A program made the translations under genes and the position numbers. The notes under the pieces are model-generated. The model had not been told where the DNA came from. It saw only the letters and a list, made by a program, of their open reading frames with translations, and ran no database searches. From contig JBPCLP010000021.1 of the NCBI GenBank assembly GCA_051003195.1, forward strand, positions 64,001 to 128,000: a DNA stretch of 64,000 nucleotides, in the 5' to 3' direction. The stretch's first letter is position 1. Each line of letters starts with the position of its first letter. Of this stretch, positions 17,901 through 26,803 are shown one piece after another. The DNA comes from Candidatus Sumerlaeaceae bacterium. Lineage in GTDB: Bacteria; Sumerlaeota; Sumerlaeia; Sumerlaeales; Sumerlaeaceae.

Positions 17901-20755
17901 GTCACGCTGGTGGTACGATCACGCAGCGTGGCCGTAAATTCGCGCACGGTCTCAAGTTCGCGCTTAGTAACATAACGATACGATCCGTCATCCCGCTTGA
18001 GGATGCTGTTATATCTAACGCGGCTGATGGTGCCGGTCAGCTCTGCGGTTTCCACCGCTGTACCATCCGGGCGCACTGCAATCAGTTCAAACTCCGCAAC
18101 CTTTCCCGTCTGCGCGAATGTCTCCGCACTGCTTTTCGCACCGACGTAGTACTCAACCGGGTCCACTTTGCGTTCGACAAGGGATGTAACGCTCCGCCCG
18201 CCGATGTCCTTCACCGTGACCTGCACTTCTGCGCGAAGCGCGGATGCTGGCAGTCTTTTCGGCAGCTCCACGGTGATTGTCGCGCCGCCGTTCTGATCGG
18301 TGGTTTGCTCATCGAGCTTTCGCTCCAGCGGCTCGTATTTGCTGTCGAGATCACCGAAGGTGAAGCCGGCGTATCCTGTTGGCGAGAAAGACTCCGTGCG
18401 AAACAGCGCAGTGCCGGTGACCGCACGTCCTGCCGCCGGCTGGCCGAACATCTCCTGCGCATGGATGGAAACACTCAGCGGGATCGCCCTGCTGAAACGT
18501 ACGTCCGCGGCGGTGGCTTCTACTTTCAGACGGTTCGGTAAATAATCTTCGACACGAAATTCCGTTTTGCCCAGCAGCTCCGGTTCATCGTCGGCCTCTT
18601 CCTCGTCATCCATCCCGCGGTGTTCACGGTCCTTTTTGCGAAGCGATCGCTCAGCGGTGCCGCCAAGCTGAATGTTGGCGGTGTACAGGCCCGTCGGCGC
18701 AAACTCGGGGATCCGTAACTCGGTAACCAGTGTTCCGCTTGAGCTCGCGGTGACGGGCAAAGGATCCCACTTCCGTCCGTCCGGCCGCTCAATCTGCAGT
18801 TCCAGCGGAAATGCTGCAGGCACCGCGCTATCTTTACCTCGCACATGGCCGAGCAGGTGAACCAGTTCTCCCGGGCGATAGACACCTCGTTCAGGTGACA
18901 CAAATGCCTCGTAACCTTTTCGGAGGTAGTCGCGTAGCGCGTCGTTACGTTCGGTGTCGTCCGGGTCATCCGTTTCAGAGGCGCCTTCTAATGTCTTTGA
19001 GAGGTCGAGATAGCACACGTCGGCTCCCGATTCCGCGACAATGATGTCAGCCGTCTTTTCGCTGCTCTTTCCGAGACCTTTAATCACTGCGATACCGTTG
19101 GCGTCGGTTTGGGCCTCACCAATCTGCTGGTTTGCACTGCTGTAAGCGCGAACCTTTGCATCCGCGACTGGCTTGGCGCTATCGAGTGCCGTCACCCACA
19201 CCGTCGCTTCGTTTCCTGCGCGCTTGCCGGTGATCCCCAGGTTCGAGACGATGATAACTTCCCCGTCTTTATACGGAGAGTTCCACGAGGAGTACTCGTC
19301 CGACTCGTAATCTTCGAAGTCCTGAGCTTGCGCAGAGTCCTTCTTCTCATCCTTTGCCGGTTGCTCGGCCTGCACCTGCACATAGTAGATTCCCTCCGGC
19401 TTCGCACCCAGCACCTCGTGAAGATCCACCTCGGTGGTCGACACCTTCGCGGGCTCCTTAACCGAAAAAGTTTTCGTGCCGATGGAATGGCCAAATTGCT
19501 CGACCGCATACTTGTCGCGGCCATTGTGGTTGTTTGCGAAGAACACGAGATTATTATCGTAGAGTCGCGTAGCCTTGACCCTGAAAACAGGGACCTGGGT
19601 GGAGCGAACGCGCAGGCGCATTCTCCCCGCGGAGGAGAGATGGCCACCCGCCTCTTTCAGCTCCATGAACCCTTTCATGGCGGGAACCCACGTCGACAAC
19701 GAAACTTCCCGGAACAGTAATTCGCCATTTGTGCCGAGCAGGCCAGGCTTCACCATCACCGTATAGCGGGTCTCTGGGTGGAACGGGCCGTTCAGTTTAA
19801 GTGTTTCGTAGTCTGATGTCACTTCGAACGCGACATCCGGGGATATGGAGATGTACTTTTTGATATCATCCATACTTACGGGATTAGAAAAGTGTAGAGA
19901 AAGCGTTGCGCGGTCCTTGTCCCAACCCGCCGTCAATTTATCGGGCAGCAGCTTAAACTCCAATGCGACGGGCCGCTCTTCGCGCTCGCGTATTCCAAGA
20001 GGACCGGCAGCGCCGCGCAAGCCGGGTTCCAGCACGAGTGTCAGCCGGTCGGTTGTCAACGGATCGGTTTCCACCTGGATCTTCCGCGCGATGACGTCCT
20101 TCTGCGGTTTCCAGCCCAGCACCTGGTCGCCGCTTCGGAACGAAAGCGATTTCTCGAGTTCTGCAGGCGAAACGTCGTCACTGAAATGGAGCGAAACAAT
20201 TACGCGCCGGTCTTTTGTAAAACCGACCTGCTCCACCTCGTGCAGTTCCAGCGGCTGTGTCTCGAAAGTGAATTCGTTCGGTCCTGTCAGTTTTCGGCCA
20301 CCGGCGTCCTGCAAATCGGGAGTTAGGCGCATCGCGTACCGGGTGCCTGCACGCAGCGAACGCTGCGGGACAAACGTGAGTACGCGAGGGCTGGTCCACT
20401 CTGCGTAGCCCTCAAGTGATGGATCGAACTGTAGAACACCGGCGGCCGCGCGTGAACTATCCAGGGCTTTGGTCGAGACAACGTCCGTACTGAAGACAAA
20501 GCGTATACTCGCATGCTGGGACTGGCCGGTTCCACTGGGATAAACCCGCGCCACCTTGAATGACGGGGCGCCTGCCGGTGTTGCGGCTGGAGTCTGTTTG
20601 CCGCGTGCAGCCAGCGTTGCGGCTTTAGTGCCTGCCGCGGGTCCGGAGCGCGGCTGCGCAGCCGTCGCGCGAGGCGTCTGGGCAATGGCTAAATTTGCAA
20701 CTGCTGATGTGGCCAGCAAAAGCGCCGCAATGGCGCACTGGGGTGACGGTGTCAT
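14984..20755 (-). CDS. Bacterial alpha-2-macroglobulin (YfhM type)
   Basis: 1923 aa with a signal peptide; YRPGE, AVDEG, intact thioester YGCLEQ, WGTTQDN, EDLLPAGLE, MYDP. Confidence 0.95.
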   Translation of the reverse strand: MTPSPQCAIAALLLATSAVANLAIAQTPRATAAQPRSGPAAGTKAATLAARGKQTPAATPAGAPSFKVARVYPSGTGQSQHASIRFVFSTDVVSTKALDSSRAAAGVLQFDPSLEGYAEWTSPRVLTFVPQRSLRAGTRYAMRLTPDLQDAGGRKLTGPNEFTFETQPLELHEVEQVGFTKDRRVIVSLHFSDDVSPAELEKSLSFRSGDQVLGWKPQKDVIARKIQVETDPLTTDRLTLVLEPGLRGAAGPLGIREREERPVALEFKLLPDKLTAGWDKDRATLSLHFSNPVSMDDIKKYISISPDVAFEVTSDYETLKLNGPFHPETRYTVMVKPGLLGTNGELLFREVSLSTWVPAMKGFMELKEAGGHLSSAGRMRLRVRSTQVPVFRVKATRLYDNNLVFFANNHNGRDKYAVEQFGHSIGTKTFSVKEPAKVSTTEVDLHEVLGAKPEGIYYVQVQAEQPAKDEKKDSAQAQDFEDYESDEYSSWNSPYKDGEVIIVSNLGITGKRAGNEATVWVTALDSAKPVADAKVRAYSSANQQIGEAQTDANGIAVIKGLGKSSEKTADIIVAESGADVCYLDLSKTLEGASETDDPDDTERNDALRDYLRKGYEAFVSPERGVYRPGELVHLLGHVRGKDSAVPAAFPLELQIERPDGRKWDPLPVTASSSGTLVTELRIPEFAPTGLYTANIQLGGTAERSLRKKDREHRGMDDEEEADDEPELLGKTEFRVEDYLPNRLKVEATAADVRFSRAIPLSVSIHAQEMFGQPAAGRAVTGTALFRTESFSPTGYAGFTFGDLDSKYEPLERKLDEQTTDQNGGATITVELPKRLPASALRAEVQVTVKDIGGRSVTSLVERKVDPVEYYVGAKSSAETFAQTGKVAEFELIAVRPDGTAVETAELTGTISRVRYNSILKRDDGSYRYVTKRELETVREFTATLRDRTTSVTWTPSEPGSYLLRVASTATGSLTALPFHVSSPNWGEQPWSMEKPEQLELVLDKKSYAPGDKARLLIKSPFAGTLLLTTEQDNVLTSQVITMAHNTHEIELPVDAAMAPNFYCVASVVRAVKPEEKWLPHRAFGSANVRLSSDHRRIAIDVNQPEETRPQQPLTVSVSAKDANTSQPIAAELVVWAVDEGILSLTDFETPDPLDFFTAARRLLVTTADFFAELMPEITERAGEKSAVGGDEAAGRKLSPIHTERVKPTVIWKGIVKTDDQGSATVTLDVPQFMGQLRVIAVAAADQRMGSGDSNVYVRNPLMIKESLPRFLAPGDDVTIPFVLYNNTDTPQPVQFTVLTSGPLSLSTNWTGAATDSKAASRQTEAIAARGMLTLPVRMRVADSVGPAEVHFAGTMGAESYADTVRLPVRPAMPFTSQSGVETVNAGESKPLTFPQTQFVAGTSTGTLVVSSMPTVHLASAIKYLYYYKYGCLEQTVSSGFPLLFVPELADLITSGEANRYVVESKVQWCVDRLLSMQLSNGGFVMWQGQRDPWDWGTIYAVHFLVEAKKAGYDVSETALDEALDYLRANMGSFSDDTSLDTMTERCYAAYVVAAAGKRNLERQEALFEARARLTPTARALLASSFAMAGNAAEARTLMAEPVTFQTTETRRQTGGILSSPARELALLLSAALDTNSGAAEVPQLVDRLQKLRGRDGHWGTTQDNAFAIWALGKYTKKISGTPQDFTGSIRGAARSFDFQSSESLHVSMEDVTNAAVVEVSGQGRAYLAWTVEGVPTKLDTTSVSRGISVERIFLDRKNRRLDPRNLQQGQLVVVEVKLQSARSLKNVVIEDLLPAGLEIENANLATSEQISGDSSEHTADDSDEGAAADEENEPSDAEADNEPSDTQGAGGLNIQRTDARDDRMLAFVDLDGSGSAIKGTFRYAARAVSQGTFVLPPVQASCMYDPEIQARSGAGTVVVLPKP

Positions 20756-21292
20756 CGTTCATACTCACTTAAGTCATTTGGCACAGCAGGACAACGCTTC
20801 GGCTACTCGGACCCCCGGCTGGTCTCCATTGCAAGTGCGGCGATTTTCCTGCTGACTCTTGGGGAACGGTTTGGATATGCTGACCTGCGCAGGAGTCGGG
20901 TTGCTGGCGGCACCTTAGAAGGCGACGAGCGGCGCTCTCCCATGAAATCGGCTTTACGTTCAGTCCGACCGCGAAAATCCGGTACGGGTTGGCTTTTCAC
21001 GGCAGTGCGCCATTGGGCAGGTCGACCGATACATTCCGTCGCAGCGGCCATAAGCTTCGGGCGTATTTTTTTAACGCCATGCTATGCAATCATCTATACT
21101 AGTAGCCATGTGAGTTGGATGGAGTGCCAATCTCGATATGAGGCGTGAATCCTAAAGCCATCGACATTCCGGACGGTGGTATGCTTCTTGAGAGAAGAAG
21201 TGCTACTTAAATCGGCTTTTTTGCGCCAGAGCCATGGCCTGAAGCTGCTTAATAGTATCGCAGGAGAAGGTCGGGGCGGAGTACTATACGTG

Positions 21293-23017
21293 ATGATGAT
21301 GTTTAATCAAGAACGGCAACTTGGCCAGATCCTGGTGACACAGGGCAAGCTGGACACGGACGACCTCGACCAGGCCCTGCGTGAGCACCACAAATCAGGC
21401 GACCGGCTGGGTGATGTCCTGGTGCGGATGGGCCTCGCCAGTGAGGACGACGTACAGCGCACGCTGGCGGACCAGTTGCAGCTTCCGTTCGTGAAAATCA
21501 GCGAAAACCCGATCCGCAAGGAAGTCATCGAAAAGATACCCGCCAAGCTGGTGAACCACTACAACCTGGTTCCACTGGAGCAGCTGAACGGCACGCTGCG
21601 AGTGGCGGTGGTCGACCCGCAGGACATCCACATGCTAGATGACCTGCGGCTCATGCTGAAGCTCGAGATCGAGCCGGTGGTCTCCACGAAGAAGGAGATC
21701 GAGGAAGCGATCAAGAAGTACTACGGCATCGGCGCGGCAACGGTGGAAGGCATGCTGGAGGACCAGGCCGCAGCCGGCAACACCATCGACGTTGAACGCA
21801 GTGTCGAGAACATCGAGGACATGGCCGAGGATGCGTCCATTGTCCGATTCGTAAACCAGATTATCAGCGAAGCGATGAACGACCGCGCGACGGATATTCA
21901 CGTGGAGCCGCTGGAGCATGAGCTTCGTGTGCGGTATCGCATCGATGGTCTGCTGTACGAGGCGGCGATTCCCCCTTCAATCAAACGGTTTCAGTCGGCC
22001 ATCATATCGCGCCTCAAGATTATGGCCGACCTTAATATCGCGGAGCGGCGCCTTCCGCAGGACGGTAAGATTAAAATCCGCGCGACGGACAAGGAATACG
22101 ATCTTCGTGTATCGACGGTTCCAACGCCTTACGGGGAGTCGATCGCGATTCGTATTCTGTCGAGGGAGTCGGAGCTCGTAAGCCTGAACCGCCTCGGGCT
22201 GGATGATTACAACCAGGGACTGCTGCGCGCGATGATTATGAAACCGCACGGCATTCTGTTCGTAACCGGCCCCACGGGCTCCGGTAAATCGACGACGCTG
22301 TACGCATCCCTGAGTGAAATTAATAACACCGATAAAAAGATTCTAACGGTCGAGGACCCGATCGAGTACCGGATTCCCGGCGTAACCCAGGTGCAGGTGC
22401 AGGAGCACATCGACCTTACATTCAAGAACGTGCTCCGAAGCTTCCTGCGTCAGGACCCTGACGTGATCATGGTGGGTGAGACGCGCGATTCCGAGACGGC
22501 ACAAACGGCCATCCAGGCGGCTCTGACCGGTCATATGGTGTTCTCGACCCTGCACACCAACGACGCTACGGGTGCGGTGAGCCGACTCCTGGATATGGGA
22601 ATCGAACCGTTCCTGATCGCGAGCTCTGTGGAAGGACTTATCGCGCAACGACTTGTGCGTGTGTTGTGTCCGCATTGTAAGCAAGGGTATCAACCAGGGC
22701 CAGAAGTCATCACCCGCCTGCGCGGCCAGAAGTTCGACTTTACGAATGCCCAGTTTACACGCCCGGTTGGATGCGAGAAGTGCCGCTTTACAGGATTCCG
22801 CGGACGTACGGCGATCTACGAGATCGTCAAGATCACGGAAGAGCTGAAGGCGCTGATCGTCGACCGAAAACCGGCGAACGTGCTGAAGCGGCAGGCGATC
22901 GCCAGCGGGCTGCGCACCATTCGTGAAGACGGGTTCCACAAGGTACGCGACGGCATTACCACCATCGATGAAGTGATGCGCGTCACGATGGAGGATGAGT
23001 TCAACAATGTTGCGTAG
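21293..23017 (+). CDS. gspE: T2SS/T4P assembly ATPase GspE/PilB with N-terminal MshEN domain
   Basis: ATDIHVEP, ERRLPQDG, GPTGSGKSTT, LRQDPDVIMVGE, tetra-Cys CPHC...CEKC. The start is one of GTG/ATG at 21290-21299. Confidence 0.95.
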   Translation: MMMFNQERQLGQILVTQGKLDTDDLDQALREHHKSGDRLGDVLVRMGLASEDDVQRTLADQLQLPFVKISENPIRKEVIEKIPAKLVNHYNLVPLEQLNGTLRVAVVDPQDIHMLDDLRLMLKLEIEPVVSTKKEIEEAIKKYYGIGAATVEGMLEDQAAAGNTIDVERSVENIEDMAEDASIVRFVNQIISEAMNDRATDIHVEPLEHELRVRYRIDGLLYEAAIPPSIKRFQSAIISRLKIMADLNIAERRLPQDGKIKIRATDKEYDLRVSTVPTPYGESIAIRILSRESELVSLNRLGLDDYNQGLLRAMIMKPHGILFVTGPTGSGKSTTLYASLSEINNTDKKILTVEDPIEYRIPGVTQVQVQEHIDLTFKNVLRSFLRQDPDVIMVGETRDSETAQTAIQAALTGHMVFSTLHTNDATGAVSRLLDMGIEPFLIASSVEGLIAQRLVRVLCPHCKQGYQPGPEVITRLRGQKFDFTNAQFTRPVGCEKCRFTGFRGRTAIYEIVKITEELKALIVDRKPANVLKRQAIASGLRTIREDGFHKVRDGITTIDEVMRVTMEDEFNNVA

Positions 23018-23021
23018 CCGC

Positions 23022-23183
23022 ATGGAGATGGATCGCGTGCATTCGCCGTTCTTCGAGGATGCGCGGGAATGGTCCGGCCATGTGGGTTTCGATTTTCTCG
23101 GACGGCTTCTGATGGTGCTTGGGCTGATTGCTCCGCCGCTGACGATACTCGCCGCAGTGGCGTACTACGCGACGCACCTGTAA
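23022..23183 (+). CDS. Putative small membrane protein (53 aa)
   Basis: ATG 4 nt after the gspE stop; C-terminal hydrophobic helix LLMVLGLIAPPLTILAAVAYYA. Confidence 0.45.
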   Translation: MEMDRVHSPFFEDAREWSGHVGFDFLGRLLMVLGLIAPPLTILAAVAYYATHL

Positions 23184-23317
23184 CAGAATTACCGATTACG
23201 AGTTGAGCTGCAGACTACGCATTGTGCTTTGGGGGGGATTGCGGATTCGGAACGCGAATCTGCCATCGTTCACACTGAAATACAGGGTCGATTCAGGACA
23301 GGAGTTCTCGGGAAGCT

Positions 23318-24532
23318 GTGCCGCAGTTCAGTTATAAAGCGAAGGATACCACCGGGCAGACCGTGAACGGCGTGCTGGAGGCTGAGTCCAGCACAGTGGC
23401 GGTGTCGCGTCTGCAACAGATGGGATTCTTTCCCCTGAACGTGCAGGACGCAAAGAGCGCGAGCGCCGATGCCGGTGCGGCGGTACGCCGGCGCGCGAAA
23501 TCAGTCAAGATTAACGACATGGCGACCTTCAACCGGCAACTGGCAGACCTGCTGAGCTCGGGCATTCCCCTCGTGAAAGCGCTGAGCGTTATACAAAACC
23601 AGACGCCAAATCCGACGCTGGTCGAAGTGATCACACAGATCACACAGGACGTGTCGGGTGGCGATTCGCTGGCTGGCGCGATGTCGAAGCATCCGAAGAT
23701 TTTCTCGAAACTATATGTCGCGATGGTGCGATCCGGCGAAGCCGGAGGACTGCTGGACCAGGTGCTTCAGCGACTGGCGGATTTTGCGGAGAGCGAAGCC
23801 GAAACTCGCAGCAAGATCAAGAGCGCGCTGGCTTACCCGATGGTCATGGTGCTGGCCGGCAGCGGCGCTGTCATTGTGCTGATGACCGTCGTCATGCCAA
23901 AGATTCTGAAGATCTACAGCGATCTGAACCAGACGCTGCCGATGACCACGCAATTCCTTATCTTTTTCAGCGACGCGCTGCGAAGTTACTGGTACTTCTT
24001 CATCGGCGCACTCGTGGCACTTGTATTCGCATTCCGTCGGATGGCAGCAACTGCTGAAGGCAAGAAGGCGATTGATGCGTTTGTTGTAAAAATCCCGATA
24101 CTGGGCGCGATGATCGTGAAGAAGGAAATCGCAAACTTCGCGCGGACGCTTGGATCGCTGCTGCACAATGGCGTATCTATCCTCTCCGCTCTGGAGATCA
24201 CGATCGAGGTGCTGACGAACCGCACCGTCGCGGACGAAGTTTCGCAGATACCGCTCAATGTGACGCAGGGCGAAGGAATTGCCGCACCGTTAAGGAAATC
24301 AAAAGTGTTTCCGCCGGTGGTGGTGAACATGATGGCCATCGGGGAAGAAACGGGTCGGCTCGATGACGTGTTGATGAAGATCGCGCGTAGCTTCGACACG
24401 GAAGTGGATCGTGGAATGAAAACGCTGACGAGCCTGCTGGAGCCCATGGTTATCCTGGTGATGGGCATCGTGGTCGGTTTTATCGTGATCAGCATGCTGC
24501 TGCCGATTTTCTCGATCGACCCGGGAGCCTGA
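23318..24532 (+). CDS. gspF: T2SS/T4P inner-membrane platform protein GspF/PilC
   Basis: MPQFSYKA start, RQLADLLSSGIP, GEAGGLL, ALAYP, GEETGRL, LLEP; AGGAG upstream. Confidence 0.95.
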   Translation: MPQFSYKAKDTTGQTVNGVLEAESSTVAVSRLQQMGFFPLNVQDAKSASADAGAAVRRRAKSVKINDMATFNRQLADLLSSGIPLVKALSVIQNQTPNPTLVEVITQITQDVSGGDSLAGAMSKHPKIFSKLYVAMVRSGEAGGLLDQVLQRLADFAESEAETRSKIKSALAYPMVMVLAGSGAVIVLMTVVMPKILKIYSDLNQTLPMTTQFLIFFSDALRSYWYFFIGALVALVFAFRRMAATAEGKKAIDAFVVKIPILGAMIVKKEIANFARTLGSLLHNGVSILSALEITIEVLTNRTVADEVSQIPLNVTQGEGIAAPLRKSKVFPPVVVNMMAIGEETGRLDDVLMKIARSFDTEVDRGMKTLTSLLEPMVILVMGIVVGFIVISMLLPIFSIDPGA

Positions 24533-24534
24533 CC

Positions 24535-24697
24535 AATGCGGGACGGGGAACGCCGAGTGCGGAATATTTCTGAAAATCAGAATGACCAATGTGGGATTGC
24601 AACGCGTGGCAGAAAAACCCTGCGGGCAATTTGGAATTCGCACGTCCTGCGTACTCGGAAGTATTCCGCATTCCGAAATCCGAAATCCGCAGTCCGT
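24535..24697. repeat. Degenerate heptamer tandem arrays in inverted arrangement
   Basis: AATGCGG-GACGGGG-AACGCCG-AGTGCGG at 24535-24562 and ATTCCGC-ATTCCGA-AATCCGA-AATCCGC-AGTCCGT at 24663-24697. Confidence 0.6.
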
Positions 24698-25276
24698 TGC
24701 GGTTTTACGCTAATTGAAATCATGGTCGTGGTTACAATCCTCGCCGTGATGATGGCGGTGACATTTCCGTCGATGCGCGGAATGAATGAGAAGAACAAGC
24801 TGCGTGCAACCGCACGCCAACTGACTGCGCTTATGAAGTACGCCCGGACGGAGGCGGTGTTTGGCGAGCGCACCACGGAAGTTTTCCTGAACCTCGATAA
24901 GCGGGAATTCTGGATCGACCTGCGTGAGCCGGAGCCAGAGAAGGGTTCCGGCAGCAGCAAGAAGCCCACAGAGCGGAACATCGAACAGAAACGCGACATC
25001 GATGAAAACATCTGGTTCGAGGAGACGCAGGCGTACGACGAGAATATCATTGAGGGTAAGGACAAGGTCATCGCCGTGGATTTCTATCCCGATGGCAGTG
25101 CTTCGCCAACGCTGATCACGCTCGTCAACAAGCAGGGCACCCGGATGACGATCGAAGTGCTGAGGTCGACCGGGCAGATTGAGATTTCGCCCGGTTCCAT
25201 CGAAGAAAAGAAGGCGCAGGCTCAGGAACAGACGGTGACGCCGCCGCCTGCGCCCATGGGAGCATCCCGTGGCTAA
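24536..25276 (+). CDS. GspH/FimT-like minor pseudopilin (start uncertain)
   Basis: G|FTLIEIMVVVTILAVM class III signal; ARQL...YARTEAV helix; FYPDGSA motif typical of GspH. Confidence 0.85.
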   Translation: MRDGERRVRNISENQNDQCGIATRGRKTLRAIWNSHVLRTRKYSAFRNPKSAVRCGFTLIEIMVVVTILAVMMAVTFPSMRGMNEKNKLRATARQLTALMKYARTEAVFGERTTEVFLNLDKREFWIDLREPEPEKGSGSSKKPTERNIEQKRDIDENIWFEETQAYDENIIEGKDKVIAVDFYPDGSASPTLITLVNKQGTRMTIEVLRSTGQIEISPGSIEEKKAQAQEQTVTPPPAPMGASRG

Positions 25277-25760
25277 ATTTACTTCCGTGCGCAAAGTCAG
25301 CGGTTTCGTTCTGCTGGAAGTCGTGGTGTCGCTGGTAATACTGGGTATCGGCGTGGCGACCATCATGCGCTCCTTTACGGTTTCGATGGCGGCGATTCGA
25401 AGGAACGATGTGAGTGTGCAGGCGTTCGTGCTGGCCGAGTCGATGCTGCAGACGCTGGAGGTTACGCCGCCCCAGAAAGGCAGACTGACCGGAAGTTTCG
25501 AGGCGGATGGATTTTCGAGCTACTCGTGGGAAATGGAAGCCAAGGAAGAGGAGATCAAATATAAGAACCTGAAGACCGCCAGCCGCATTGAAGGGCTGCG
25601 GCCCTTGAACCACGTGAAGCTGAAGGTTACATACGACGATCACCGTAACCAAGTGCAGACGCCGGTTGAAGTGGACCTGATTGTCCCGCCGATTGAACGC
25701 TTTTCATACCAGTCGAAGTTCCTGAACGAGCTCTTCAAAGAGGAGGAACGGCGACGGTGA
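25269..25760 (+). CDS. GspI-like minor pseudopilin
   Basis: G|FVLLEVVVSLVILG class III signal; position in the H-I-J-K order. Confidence 0.8.
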   Translation: MAKFTSVRKVSGFVLLEVVVSLVILGIGVATIMRSFTVSMAAIRRNDVSVQAFVLAESMLQTLEVTPPQKGRLTGSFEADGFSSYSWEMEAKEEEIKYKNLKTASRIEGLRPLNHVKLKVTYDDHRNQVQTPVEVDLIVPPIERFSYQSKFLNELFKEEERRR

Positions 25761-26803
25761 GGTCTCGTTCCAGATTTAAAATTCAAAACTCGAAATTGGC
25801 AGGTAGCAATTCTGCCGGGTTTACGTTGATCGAAATTCTGGTCGCGATGGTGATTTTCTCGCTGGTGCTGGCATCAATGTTCACTGCTTTTCGGACGGGT
25901 ATCAAGGCGTACGACCTGGGTGTTACGCATGCGGAGGCGCAGCAGACCGGACGTTATGCCGTGAACCAGCTTGCGGAAGATATTCGCAATGTGTTCTATA
26001 AAACCGCGAGCAGCTATAACGTGACCAGGCGCCAGCGTGAAGCACTGCTGGAGCAACAGGAGCAACAGGCGCTTCAGCTGGGCCAGGCGAGTCGCGATCC
26101 GCAGATTGATGAGAATCTGCCAGAGCTGGGCCCTGCAATCGACCTGTCGTTCATGGGAGAGGACGGCGGAACGGTTGACCAGGTGACGTTTGTGCGGCAG
26201 CAGGGACCGAAGAGGGGCGAGGATCGCCCTTTGTGGGGACTGGAGCGAGTGCGCTACTTTGTGGCAAACAGCGCACTCTATCGCAGCACCGAAGACATTA
26301 CCGCGCCGGAAACGGATGAAAACGGCGTGGAGATTCCGAAGGCCGTTGCGCCACACGTCGATAAGATCGCCAATAACTGCACCGGCTTCGACGTAAAATA
26401 CGGATACTATTTCGAAACAGAGTTCCGGATGGCAGAGGGGTGGGATTCGAACGCAAGTCAGTACCGCAATCCAGTGGATGAGGAAGAGCTTGAATCGCAG
26501 GTCACGAATCCCGCGGGCGTGGCAGGCGGAACCGTCGTCAACCCGAACGGCCAGCAGCAACAACAGAAAGCGGACGATCTCCCGGGCTGGGTCGAAGTGA
26601 CATTTAAATTTGCGGATCCGCGCAAGGTCGAGCGCGAGCGCATTTACAAGCAAACGATGCTGATGTATAATAAGGGCGCGGAAGAGACATACGAGCCGCC
26701 GGACGACACAGAAGAAGCAGTGAACAGCAGCCGTAGTGGTGGAGGGCGGAGCAGCAGGCGCAATAATAGCGGGTCACAGCAGCGAAGAAGCCGAAACTCA
26801 TGA
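25757..26803 (+). CDS. GspJ-like minor pseudopilin
   Basis: G|FTLIEILVAMVIF signal; ERVRY...LYR; LPGWVEVT motif. Confidence 0.8.
   Translation: MRSRSRFKIQNSKLAGSNSAGFTLIEILVAMVIFSLVLASMFTAFRTGIKAYDLGVTHAEAQQTGRYAVNQLAEDIRNVFYKTASSYNVTRRQREALLEQQEQQALQLGQASRDPQIDENLPELGPAIDLSFMGEDGGTVDQVTFVRQQGPKRGEDRPLWGLERVRYFVANSALYRSTEDITAPETDENGVEIPKAVAPHVDKIANNCTGFDVKYGYYFETEFRMAEGWDSNASQYRNPVDEEELESQVTNPAGVAGGTVVNPNGQQQQQKADDLPGWVEVTFKFADPRKVERERIYKQTMLMYNKGAEETYEPPDDTEEAVNSSRSGGGRSSRRNNSGSQQRRSRNS

Noticed and set aside
17426..18541. Long antisense ORFs (also 36266-37261, 37846-38769, 47232-48215, 58465-59430 and others)
   Set aside because: These are shadow frames of well-supported genes in high-GC DNA and carry no recognisable motifs.
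20756..21292. Short ORFs or a structured RNA in the alpha-2-macroglobulin/gspE divergent gap
   Set aside because: No coding signature, RBS or convincing stem pattern; most likely promoter DNA.
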